This document shows, piece by piece, positions 1 through 7,233 of a DNA stretch of 63,352 nt. The stretch is from Nanobdellota archaeon (lineage in GTDB: Archaea; Nanobdellota; Nanobdellia; Woesearchaeales; GCA-2686295), in contig JAHIUF010000031.1 of the NCBI GenBank assembly GCA_018817005.1, positions 1 to 63,352 on the forward strand. The letters are read 5' to 3'. The notes below the pieces were generated by a model, which worked only from the letters and a program-made list of their open reading frames with translations, had not been told where the DNA came from and did not search any database. A program made the translations under genes and the position numbers. How positions within the stretch are numbered: the stretch's first letter is position 1; every line of letters begins with the position of its first letter.

Positions 1-197
1 AACAACGAACAAATGAAAAAATACGCAAAAAAAAGAATGAATGCATAGCTAAAGCCATGCAAAAACAATTTTTCCAACCAAAAATAATCAAAAAACAAGT
101 TTTTAGAAGAATTATTACAAAGAATTATCCGACACAGCAGCATTATAGAAAATTATTTAAAACGAACTTTTTTCTTTTATCGTGCTATTAAGATTAA

Positions 198-205
198 TTT
201 ATATA
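198..205 (+). promoter_or_regulatory. TATA box (TTTATATA), candidate promoter of the tRNA-Thr transcription unit
   Basis: Perfect archaeal TATA consensus. No comparable TATA lies in the 30 nt before the mature tRNA 5' end at 341, so the predicted start is near 230 and the leader would be over 100 nt. Confidence 0.45.
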
Positions 206-242
206 GCAATTATGGTTGCACGTCAACTAATCGCAATCAGTT

Positions 243-340
243 GCCTCCGCAAACAAAAAGCAGAGCTTTTTGAGTGAAGGCTCGTAAAACTCGCCTCCGT
301 AACAAAAATCAGAAGATTTTTGGACGTCGGCAATTTCATT
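243..340 (+). repeat. Two degenerate tRNA-Thr-derived units (243-292, 293-340) directly upstream of the tRNA
   Basis: Each unit starts with GCCTCCG, identical to the tRNA acceptor 5' strand. This is fused to an intron-like A-rich segment that forms an 8-bp hairpin (CAAAAAGC-AGA-GCTTTTTG; CAAAAATC-AGAA-GATTTTTG), with a compensatory G:C vs T:A change between units. Unit 2 ends with a decayed T-arm-like GGACGTCGGCAATTTCATT. Confidence 0.6.
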
Positions 341-428
341 GCCTCCGTAGCATAGTAGCTATTGCGGCAGACTTGTAAACAAAAATCAAGTTATCTGCAG
401 GTCGTGGGTGCAATTCCCATCGGAGGCT
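341..428 (+). tRNA. tRNA-Thr(UGU) with a 15-nt intron (378-392) at the canonical 37/38 position
   Basis: Perfect 7-bp acceptor stem GCCTCCG/CGGAGGC. Anticodon stem GCAGA/TCTGC with loop CU-UGU-A|intron|A. CTTG(372-375)/CAAG(387-390) forms the 4-bp central helix of a bulge-helix-bulge motif. T stem GTGGG/CCCAT. The D loop lacks GG and the T loop is TGCAATT, so the elbow is non-canonical. Confidence 0.65.
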
Positions 429-430
429 TT

Positions 431-2056
431 TTATATCTTTTCAACCAAATCACTTACTGCTTCAAACAATTCTTCTGGCCAGTATTTTCTTCGTTCTTCG
501 CTTGCAACATTTTTGAAGTATTCTCTTGATTCATCATCTAATTCGAACTCTTCGCTTTCGATAAAACGCATGAGTGCTAAAAATATTTCATCCGGTAAAA
601 GGAGTTTTGCATTGATTTTTCTTAATTGGTCTTTTAATTTTATTTGTTCTTCCTTTGAATAACCTGTAGAAAAAAGCAGTTTCTTTTTCTTCTCAGGACT
701 CTTAAGTATTGACCATCGATTAGGAAATTCTATTTTTAATCGTTCAATGGCAATACTATGTGCGTGGTAAAAACCAACATCGATTTGACCTGATAAGTTA
801 TAAAGGTTAAGTTTTTGTTTTAACCAGTCCTCGTATGGCTCATCGTTTTCCAAGTACTCTTCAAAAAGTTTTTTACAATCAGAATCATCAATAAATCCTT
901 GTGTAAACCTTAACCAAAGACCATCTTTTGCCAAATCAATCATATTTGTTTTTCTTATTATTGAAAAGAATTTTTCTTCTTCCACACTTTCAATTATTAA
1001 AGTGTATCTTCGAACAAAATCTTTTCTTCTAAGTACTCTTCCATCTCTTTGTATCATCTGTCTGCTTGATCTTGTAAAGCTTGCAACAATTGCAATATTT
1101 GCATCTGGAACATCATATCCTTCATCTATTAATCTTGGAGCAACAAGAACTGCAGATTTTCTTTTTCTGAAATCCTCTAATCTTTCAATGACCTCTTTTT
1201 TTGACATTTGACTATGAACAACTATGGCACCTAAAACGTCACCTATTGTTTCAGAGAATTCTATGCTCTCGCTAAAGATAATTATTTTTTTGTCTTTTTC
1301 CAGATTAACAATTGTTTTTATAACATCGATTTTATTTTTTGCAGTATGTCTCATCTTTGCCTGCTGAGACCAAATCTTTAATATTCTTAAAGCAAATTTG
1401 TTTCCTCTCTTTGCCATAACAGTTACTTTTCTTACATCTATGGCCGCCATTCGTAGCAGCTGATAATATTCTCTTTGCAAATCCATGTACCTCTGATATT
1501 CTGTCAATTCCAAAGAAACTCTAATATTGCAAAGGTGAAATCTTTCTTTTAATTCTTCAACATTACTCAAACTATAAACAATCTTTCCCGCGCCATACCT
1601 TATGGCCAAGTCTCCTTCATCTTCTCTTTCTGGTGTTGCACTAAGACCAATTGTGTGGTCTGTTTGAAGAGAAAAAATTCCCGTGTATAGTTCTGAACCA
1701 TAATGGTGTATTTCATCAAGTATTTTTATTGTAAAGGGTGTATTAAATTCAAGTTTTGATGCAGTATTTATTACAGACAACACTATTCGTCCACTTAAAT
1801 CCTTTTTTCCTCCAAAATAAAAAGATGAAGAAATGTTTGGCAAGAACTTTTTTATTTCATTTCGCCATTGATACATTAAGTTTATGGTCGGAACCACAAC
1901 TAACGCTTTATTATTTTTATCCTCTTCTAAAACATCTTTTATTATTCTTATTGCAAGAACTGTTTTTCCTTTCCCAGAAGCAACTTTTACAACTCCTTTA
2001 AAATCATGTTTTTTTAATTCTTCATAAGCTTCTTTTTGCCATTCGTAAAGTTCCAT
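431..2056 (-). CDS. SF2 DNA helicase, XPB/Rad25-like
   Basis: Walker A SGKGKT, DEIH box, and SATPEREDEG (motif III followed by the RED motif typical of XPB). Motif VI is QRDGRVLR. A ~170-aa C-terminal extension has no recognisable motifs. Confidence 0.75.
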   Translation of the reverse strand: MELYEWQKEAYEELKKHDFKGVVKVASGKGKTVLAIRIIKDVLEEDKNNKALVVVPTINLMYQWRNEIKKFLPNISSSFYFGGKKDLSGRIVLSVINTASKLEFNTPFTIKILDEIHHYGSELYTGIFSLQTDHTIGLSATPEREDEGDLAIRYGAGKIVYSLSNVEELKERFHLCNIRVSLELTEYQRYMDLQREYYQLLRMAAIDVRKVTVMAKRGNKFALRILKIWSQQAKMRHTAKNKIDVIKTIVNLEKDKKIIIFSESIEFSETIGDVLGAIVVHSQMSKKEVIERLEDFRKRKSAVLVAPRLIDEGYDVPDANIAIVASFTRSSRQMIQRDGRVLRRKDFVRRYTLIIESVEEEKFFSIIRKTNMIDLAKDGLWLRFTQGFIDDSDCKKLFEEYLENDEPYEDWLKQKLNLYNLSGQIDVGFYHAHSIAIERLKIEFPNRWSILKSPEKKKKLLFSTGYSKEEQIKLKDQLRKINAKLLLPDEIFLALMRFIESEEFELDDESREYFKNVASEERRKYWPEELFEAVSDLVEKI

Positions 2057-2176
2057 ATAGTAATAGAATAAAGAATCTCTTTTAATAGTTTAACTAAATG
2101 TTTACTATAATCAATTCTGAAAATCTTTTTTTCATTAAAAAGTTTTACTTGAAATTAAGCTTTTTAAAAAGATAAA

Positions 2177-2184
2177 TTTAAATA
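2177..2184 (+). promoter_or_regulatory. TATA box (TTTAAATA) for the signal peptidase gene
   Basis: Centre lies ~27 nt upstream of the ATG at 2208, implying a leaderless or near-leaderless mRNA. Confidence 0.5.
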
Positions 2185-2207
2185 ACAAAAAAACTCTGTT
2201 GTTTATT

Positions 2208-2819
2208 ATGAAGAGATTTATGTTGTTAATTTTAATGTTATTTTTGCTTTCTGCTTGTGTTGAAGAAATTAGTTTAGACTATGAAAAAGAGTATGAAAAA
2301 ATTGTTCAAAATGATTTTATTGAAGAAATGAATAATCAAAATTTGGAGTTAAGAGAAAATATTACGAAACTTCAAGAAGAATTAACATATCAAAAAGCTC
2401 AAACTAACACGTTTATTGAGAGATTAAAAGAATTTTTAGATTTACCCAGCAGAAAAGCCAGTCCTTCTGATTGGATATCTGAAGAGCAGATTCAAGTTCA
2501 AGATGACAAAATAATTATTAATATAAATGATGCAGTTATTGCAAAGGTTACTGATACGCATTCTTTAGAACCAACAATTGACAAAAACACTCATATTATT
2601 CAAATCAAACCTCAAAATGAGAGTGATATAAGAATTGGTGACATTGTGGCTTATGAGTCTCAATTAACTAGTAATTTAATTCTTCACAGAGTTGTTTCAA
2701 AAGGAAAAGATGAAGATGGTTGGTTTTTTGTGATGAAAGGAGACAATGTAGGGGTTCCAGATCCTGAATCTGTCCGATTTTCACAGATTAAATGGGTTGT
2801 TGTTGGAATAATGTACTAA
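2208..2819 (+). CDS. Signal peptidase I, archaeal/ER (Sec11/SipW) type, membrane anchored
   Basis: Catalytic-box motifs THSLEPT (Ser), GDIV, LILHRVV (His rather than bacterial Lys) and KGDN. N-terminal TM segment ends in LLSAC. ATG at 2208 is preferred over the TTG at 2199. Confidence 0.75.
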   Translation: MKRFMLLILMLFLLSACVEEISLDYEKEYEKIVQNDFIEEMNNQNLELRENITKLQEELTYQKAQTNTFIERLKEFLDLPSRKASPSDWISEEQIQVQDDKIIININDAVIAKVTDTHSLEPTIDKNTHIIQIKPQNESDIRIGDIVAYESQLTSNLILHRVVSKGKDEDGWFFVMKGDNVGVPDPESVRFSQIKWVVVGIMY

Positions 2820-2844
2820 TGCTTTTGTATGAAAAAAGAATAAT

Positions 2845-2852
2845 TTTAAATA
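2845..2852 (+). promoter_or_regulatory. TATA box (TTTAAATA)
   Basis: Centre lies ~27 nt upstream of the ATG at 2876. Confidence 0.45.
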
Positions 2853-2875
2853 AAAATCAATATTACTTTTAAATA

Positions 2876-3112
2876 ATGAAAAAAATAATTATTATAACAA
2901 TCTTCTTTTTGATGATTTTACTGATTGGGTGTGAAAAGAATAGTTCTTTGACTGGTCAAGCAATTTATGGTTCTGATGCTTCCAGTGATAATTTTGAAAT
3001 ACAAAAAGTAGATTTAAAGGAATGTTGTACTTTTATTGATGAACAGGGTTTAAAAAAAACTTGTAGTGTCCTGAAAAGATTTGATTGTGATTATTGTGAA
3101 TCTGTATGTTAA
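2876..3112 (+). CDS. Small secreted/lipobox protein, Cys-rich C-terminus, unknown function
   Basis: Signal sequence ends in LLIGC (lipobox-like). Six further Cys residues lie in the C-terminal 30 aa. Confidence 0.5.
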   Translation: MKKIIIITIFFLMILLIGCEKNSSLTGQAIYGSDASSDNFEIQKVDLKECCTFIDEQGLKKTCSVLKRFDCDYCESVC

Positions 3113-3115
3113 AAT

Positions 3116-3400
3116 TTATTCAAACTCTTTTATTCTCTTTCTGATCACTTCAGAATATTTTTTTCTATCAAGAATTTTTTCAAGCTTTAATGCAAGCGCG
3201 TGATCTCCTAAAACATCTCTCACCCATTTGGCAAAATCGTTTTTTCGATTGTCCTGATTAACATGATAAACAAAATCCCAAATCTTCATGAATTCAATTT
3301 CATTTACAAGCTCATAGATATTTCTTACAACAGTGCCATTACAAAACCAAAAGCTTTTTTCCGGCGGAACATCTGATAGGAAATTCCAAGGGTCAACCAA
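3116..3400 (-). CDS. Stand-alone copy of the recurrent F-x-F / HV-x(4-5)-NDF-x-W / LA domain (unknown function)
   Basis: SFWFCNGTVV...YHVNQDNRKNDFAKWVRDVLGDHALALKL aligns with four other copies in this window. TTG start is preceded by GGTGAG. Confidence 0.6.
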   Translation of the reverse strand: MVDPWNFLSDVPPEKSFWFCNGTVVRNIYELVNEIEFMKIWDFVYHVNQDNRKNDFAKWVRDVLGDHALALKLEKILDRKKYSEVIRKRIKEFE

Positions 3401-3496
3401 ATTCTCACCTCAAAACAGTTGATGGTATTATAAGTTTAAAAATGTTTCCAAAAATGAAATATGACAATTGAAAAAAATAGGAAAAAACAAGACAAG

Positions 3497-3539
3497 ATAT
3501 CGAACCCAATATATCGAAAAAGATATATCGAAATCGATA
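3497..3539 (+). promoter_or_regulatory. Candidate operator: three ATATCGAA direct repeats at 14-bp spacing ending in the palindrome TATCGA-AA-TCGATA
   Basis: Repeats lie at 3497, 3511 and 3525, with the perfect inverted repeat at 3526-3539. All sit immediately upstream of an AT-rich TATA-like stretch and the PadR ATG at 3573. Confidence 0.5.
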
Positions 3540-3572
3540 CTTTTAAATATATTAAAATTTTATAAAAATAAA

Positions 3573-4076
3573 ATGATAAGGGGCCACTTGCGAATGCTTG
3601 TTATAAAAGCACTCGATGAAGGTGAAAAATCAGGTTATGGATTAACAAAGTTCATATCTAAAAATACTGGATGGAAACCTAGTTGCGGCTCGATGTATCC
3701 TCTTCTTGAACAATTAACAAAAGAAAAGATTGTAGAATTCAAAGTAAAAGAAAACAAAAAAATGTATGCTTTAACAATAATAGGAAAAGAAGAACTCAAA
3801 AAAATTTCTGAAAAGAAAGCCGAGCTTCTAACAAAAGTTGATGAAGTAATGAAAACATACATGACCATATATAAACAAAAACTTGGAAAATTTCAACAAA
3901 AAGCAATAAATCTAATGAAAGAAGGAAAAATAGATATTGAAAACCCCCCTCCAGAAATGACAAGGTTAAAAGAATTAATGTCAGAATTGGTGGTAACTGG
4001 AAAAGTTAAAAAAGAATGGGAAAAAATTAATAAACTATTAAAAAGAACAAACGATGAACTAGAAAAAATAAAATGA
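3573..4076 (+). CDS. PadR-family winged-helix transcriptional regulator
   Basis: LRMLVIKALDEGEKSGYGLTKFI...GSMYPLLEQLTKEKIV is a PadR-type wHTH, followed by a coiled-coil C-terminus. The in-frame ATG at 3573 is preferred because 3468-3572 holds the repeat/TATA region. Stop overlaps the next gene (ATGA). Confidence 0.7.
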   Translation: MIRGHLRMLVIKALDEGEKSGYGLTKFISKNTGWKPSCGSMYPLLEQLTKEKIVEFKVKENKKMYALTIIGKEELKKISEKKAELLTKVDEVMKTYMTIYKQKLGKFQQKAINLMKEGKIDIENPPPEMTRLKELMSELVVTGKVKKEWEKINKLLKRTNDELEKIK

Positions 4077-4759
4077 CCAAAGAAATCATAATTGAATTAG
4101 ACAACGTCTGGAAAACATATAAAATGGGAACCGTAGAAGTACATGCACTCAGGGGAATGAGTTTAAAAGTTAAGAAAGGAGAATTTTTAGCAATCATGGG
4201 ACCTTCAGGAAGTGGAAAAAGCACCGCCATGAACATGATAGGCTGTCTTGACATCCCAACCAAAGGAGAAATAAAACTCTTAGGAAGAGACATATCAACA
4301 CTTCACGAATCAGACTTGGCTCAAATAAGAGGTAAAAAAATAGGGTTTATATTTCAAAAATTCAACTTACTAAACACACTTACTGCAAAAGAAAACATAA
4401 TGCTACCAATGACATTTCAAGGTATTCCAAGAGAAGAAAGAGAAAAAAAATCTGAGGAATTACTGGGTCTTGTAGAGCTAAAAGATCGTATGGATCACAG
4501 ACCAAATGAACTGAGTGGAGGTCAACAACAAAGAGTTGCTATTGCAAGATCACTTTCAAATAGTCCAGATGTGATTCTCGCAGATGAACCCACAGGAAAC
4601 TTAGACAGCACAACAGGAGAAAGAGTGCTTGATTTTTTAAAAAAACTCCACAAAGAAAAAGGAACAACAATTGTAATGGTCACACATGACAAAAAGATTG
4701 CAGAACAAGCCGAAAGAATTGAATTCTTAAAAGACGGCTCGATTGTAAAAAACTTATAG
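4073..4759 (+). CDS. ABC transporter ATP-binding protein, MacB/LolD-type
   Basis: Walker A GPSGSGKST, signature LSGGQQQR, Walker B ILADEPTGNLD, H-loop VTHD. Confidence 0.9.
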   Translation: MTKEIIIELDNVWKTYKMGTVEVHALRGMSLKVKKGEFLAIMGPSGSGKSTAMNMIGCLDIPTKGEIKLLGRDISTLHESDLAQIRGKKIGFIFQKFNLLNTLTAKENIMLPMTFQGIPREEREKKSEELLGLVELKDRMDHRPNELSGGQQQRVAIARSLSNSPDVILADEPTGNLDSTTGERVLDFLKKLHKEKGTTIVMVTHDKKIAEQAERIEFLKDGSIVKNL

Positions 4760-4770
4760 AGGTAAAAAAA

Positions 4771-6003
4771 ATGAGAACTACAAAAATTGAGTTATTAAAA
4801 ACCATGTTTATAATAATTATACTGGTTTTAACAATAGGATTAGTTTCAGCAACAGAACAATCATATCTGTCTGCAACACTAATGAAATATGAACCACAAC
4901 CATCAACACCTGGAAATTATGTTAAAGCATATATAAAACTTGAAAATTCAGGAAACGGACAAGCAAAAAATGTTGCTTTAGAAGTCTTGCCAGAATACCC
5001 TTTTAGTATAGATGATGGTAGAAAGAGCAAAGAACAAATAGGAATTATTGGTGGACAAAGTTTTTACACTGCAGAATTCACAATGAGAGTGGATAAAAAT
5101 GCAGTGGAAGGCACGAATTATCTTAGAGTAAGATACAACATTGACGAACAACAAACAAAATGGACTGAACAAAAATTAGCAATCAGTGTTCAAACGCAAG
5201 ATGCTATTTTATCAATTGAGTCAATTTCAATAGAGCCATCAGAAATTACTCCTGGAAAAGCAGGGACTATAAAAATAACTCTCAGTAATCCTTCGGACTC
5301 ATATATTAGTGATATAAGCGCACAAATAGATCTTTCTTCAACAACATTACCATTTGCACCACACAATTCTGCAACAGAAAAAAATATTTACCAAATAAAA
5401 GAAAGACAAAAACAAGAGTTAGAATATGAAATAATAGCTCTTCCGGGAGCAGAAGCAAATGTTTACAAAATACCACTAGACATATCCTATTATGATAATG
5501 TTGGAAACAGTTATTCGAAATCTGAATTAATTGGCGTTGTTGTAAACAGTGAACCTGACATAAAAGTTACTGTTGATGGAACAGACCTTCTAAGAAGTCA
5601 GATGGTTGGAACAATAACTCTAAAGGTTGTAAATAAAGGATTAAGCGATTTGAAATTCTTAAACTTAAAGCTTACAGAAACAGATGATTTTGAAATAATG
5701 TCTTCATCTTCAGAAGAATACATAGGAAATCTTGATTCTGATGATTTTGAAACAGTTGAGTATAAGATAAAACTGAAAAAAACAGGTGAGATTAAGATAC
5801 CGCTAGAACTAGAATATAAAGACACAAACAACAATCCCTACTCTGAAAGTTTATCAGTAAACCTAAAAGTTCGAACTGCAGAAGAACTTGGTCAGGAAAA
5901 AAGTAAAGGCGGAATATGGATTATAATAATCGTTGTAGTTGTAGTTGGATTCTTTATATACAGAAACAGAAAAAAGAAAAAGAAAAAAGAGAGCAACGCT
6001 TAA
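4771..6003 (+). CDS. Secreted, C-terminally anchored beta-sandwich (CARDB/COG1361-like) surface protein
   Basis: N-terminal signal/TM segment and repeated beta-rich modules (ALEVLPEYPFSID etc.). C-terminal TM IWIIIIVVVVVGFFIY is followed by a poly-Lys tail. Position inside the ABC operon is typical for this class. Confidence 0.55.
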   Translation: MRTTKIELLKTMFIIIILVLTIGLVSATEQSYLSATLMKYEPQPSTPGNYVKAYIKLENSGNGQAKNVALEVLPEYPFSIDDGRKSKEQIGIIGGQSFYTAEFTMRVDKNAVEGTNYLRVRYNIDEQQTKWTEQKLAISVQTQDAILSIESISIEPSEITPGKAGTIKITLSNPSDSYISDISAQIDLSSTTLPFAPHNSATEKNIYQIKERQKQELEYEIIALPGAEANVYKIPLDISYYDNVGNSYSKSELIGVVVNSEPDIKVTVDGTDLLRSQMVGTITLKVVNKGLSDLKFLNLKLTETDDFEIMSSSSEEYIGNLDSDDFETVEYKIKLKKTGEIKIPLELEYKDTNNNPYSESLSVNLKVRTAEELGQEKSKGGIWIIIIVVVVVGFFIYRNRKKKKKKESNA

Positions 6004-6015
6004 AGCCTAAAAAAA

Positions 6016-7233
6016 ATGTTTTTTGATTTTTTTCTTATAGCATGCCGAAACATCTCCAGAAGGAGACTTCGGTCATGGCTTACAATGGTTGGTATATTTA
6101 TAGGTATAGCTGCTGTTTTTACACTAGTAAGTCTTGGAAATGGATTTGAAAAAGCCCTTATTGATGAATTTGAAAAAATGGGTACAGATAAACTATTTGT
6201 ACAACCAGGAAAAGGCTTCTTTTCAACCCCTGGTTCTTTAAAAAATGTTTTGTCAGATTATGATTTAGAACTAATAAAAAAAGTTAAAGGAGTAGAAACT
6301 GCTGCAGGCATGAACTATAAAATTGCAAGAATAGAATTTAAAGATATATCAAAATATTCATGGGTTATAGGAATTTCAACTGATCCTGAAGAAAAAAAAT
6401 TATTATTTGAGATGCAAAATTTCAAGGTTGCGAAAGGACGAGAATTAGAGTCAAGCGATAAATACAAAATATTAATCGGTGCACAAATTGCAAAAGGATT
6501 GACCTTTGATAAAGAAGTTGATCTTCGAAATACAATAAAAATTGACGGCATAGACTTTAAGGTTGTAGGAATCTTAGAATCTATGGGAAACCCGCAGGAT
6601 GATCAAACAATGTATATACCTTTAAAAACAGAAAAAGAGATTTTTGGGGAAGGAGAAAACCTTGATTATATAATGGCCAAAACATCATTTAATGCAGACC
6701 AGGACAGAGTGGCTGCAGACATAATGAAAACTTTAAGAAGAGAAAAAGGTGTTCGTGAAGGGGATGAAAACTTTAACGTTCAAACATCTGCCCAGTTAAT
6801 AGAGAGTTTTAACACAGTTCTAAACATTGTTACCGTGGCACTTATCAGTATTGCTGCAATTAGTATTGTTGTTGGAGCAGTGGGAATAACAAACACGATG
6901 TACACAGCAGTATTAGAAAGAACAGGAGAGATAGGAATCATGAAAGCAATAGGTGCAAAAAACTCAGACATACTAACAATATTTTTAATCGAATCAGGAA
7001 TACTTGGAATGATGGGTGGTTTAATAGGTGTATTAATTGGTGTTGGAATTGGAAAATTAGTTGAAGTAATCGTAAAAACAGCCCTTTTAATTGATTATAT
7101 AACTCCTGAAATAACTGTTGGACTCATATTAGGATCACTCGCATTCGCATTCGTAATTGGAGCGGTCTCTGGAACAATGCCTGCAAGACAAGCTTCAAAA
7201 ATGCACCCTGTAAACGCTTTAAGATCAAAATGA
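6016..7233 (+). CDS. ABC transporter permease, MacB/FtsX family (paralogue 1)
   Basis: N-terminal TM RRLRSWLTMVGIFIGIAAV, a large extracytoplasmic domain, and a C-terminal FtsX block ERTGEIGIMKAIGA. Overlaps the next gene by 4 nt. Confidence 0.85.
   Translation: MFFDFFLIACRNISRRRLRSWLTMVGIFIGIAAVFTLVSLGNGFEKALIDEFEKMGTDKLFVQPGKGFFSTPGSLKNVLSDYDLELIKKVKGVETAAGMNYKIARIEFKDISKYSWVIGISTDPEEKKLLFEMQNFKVAKGRELESSDKYKILIGAQIAKGLTFDKEVDLRNTIKIDGIDFKVVGILESMGNPQDDQTMYIPLKTEKEIFGEGENLDYIMAKTSFNADQDRVAADIMKTLRREKGVREGDENFNVQTSAQLIESFNTVLNIVTVALISIAAISIVVGAVGITNTMYTAVLERTGEIGIMKAIGAKNSDILTIFLIESGILGMMGGLIGVLIGVGIGKLVEVIVKTALLIDYITPEITVGLILGSLAFAFVIGAVSGTMPARQASKMHPVNALRSK

Noticed and set aside
1-48. 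Possible 3' end of a plus-strand CDS (frame 1 ends at a TAG at 46-48).
   Set aside because: Only 15 codons are visible, which cannot be told apart from chance in A-rich sequence.
1-2200. Integrated element, integrase or att duplication at the tRNA-Thr locus.
   Set aside because: The repeated tRNA fragments are only ~50 nt apart and lie upstream of the gene. No integrase, transposase or other mobile-element gene is visible anywhere in the window.
3468-3572. N-terminal 35 codons of the tracked PadR ORF.
   Set aside because: The region is occupied by exact direct repeats, a palindrome and a TATA-like stretch. The in-frame ATG at 3573 gives a normal-length PadR protein.
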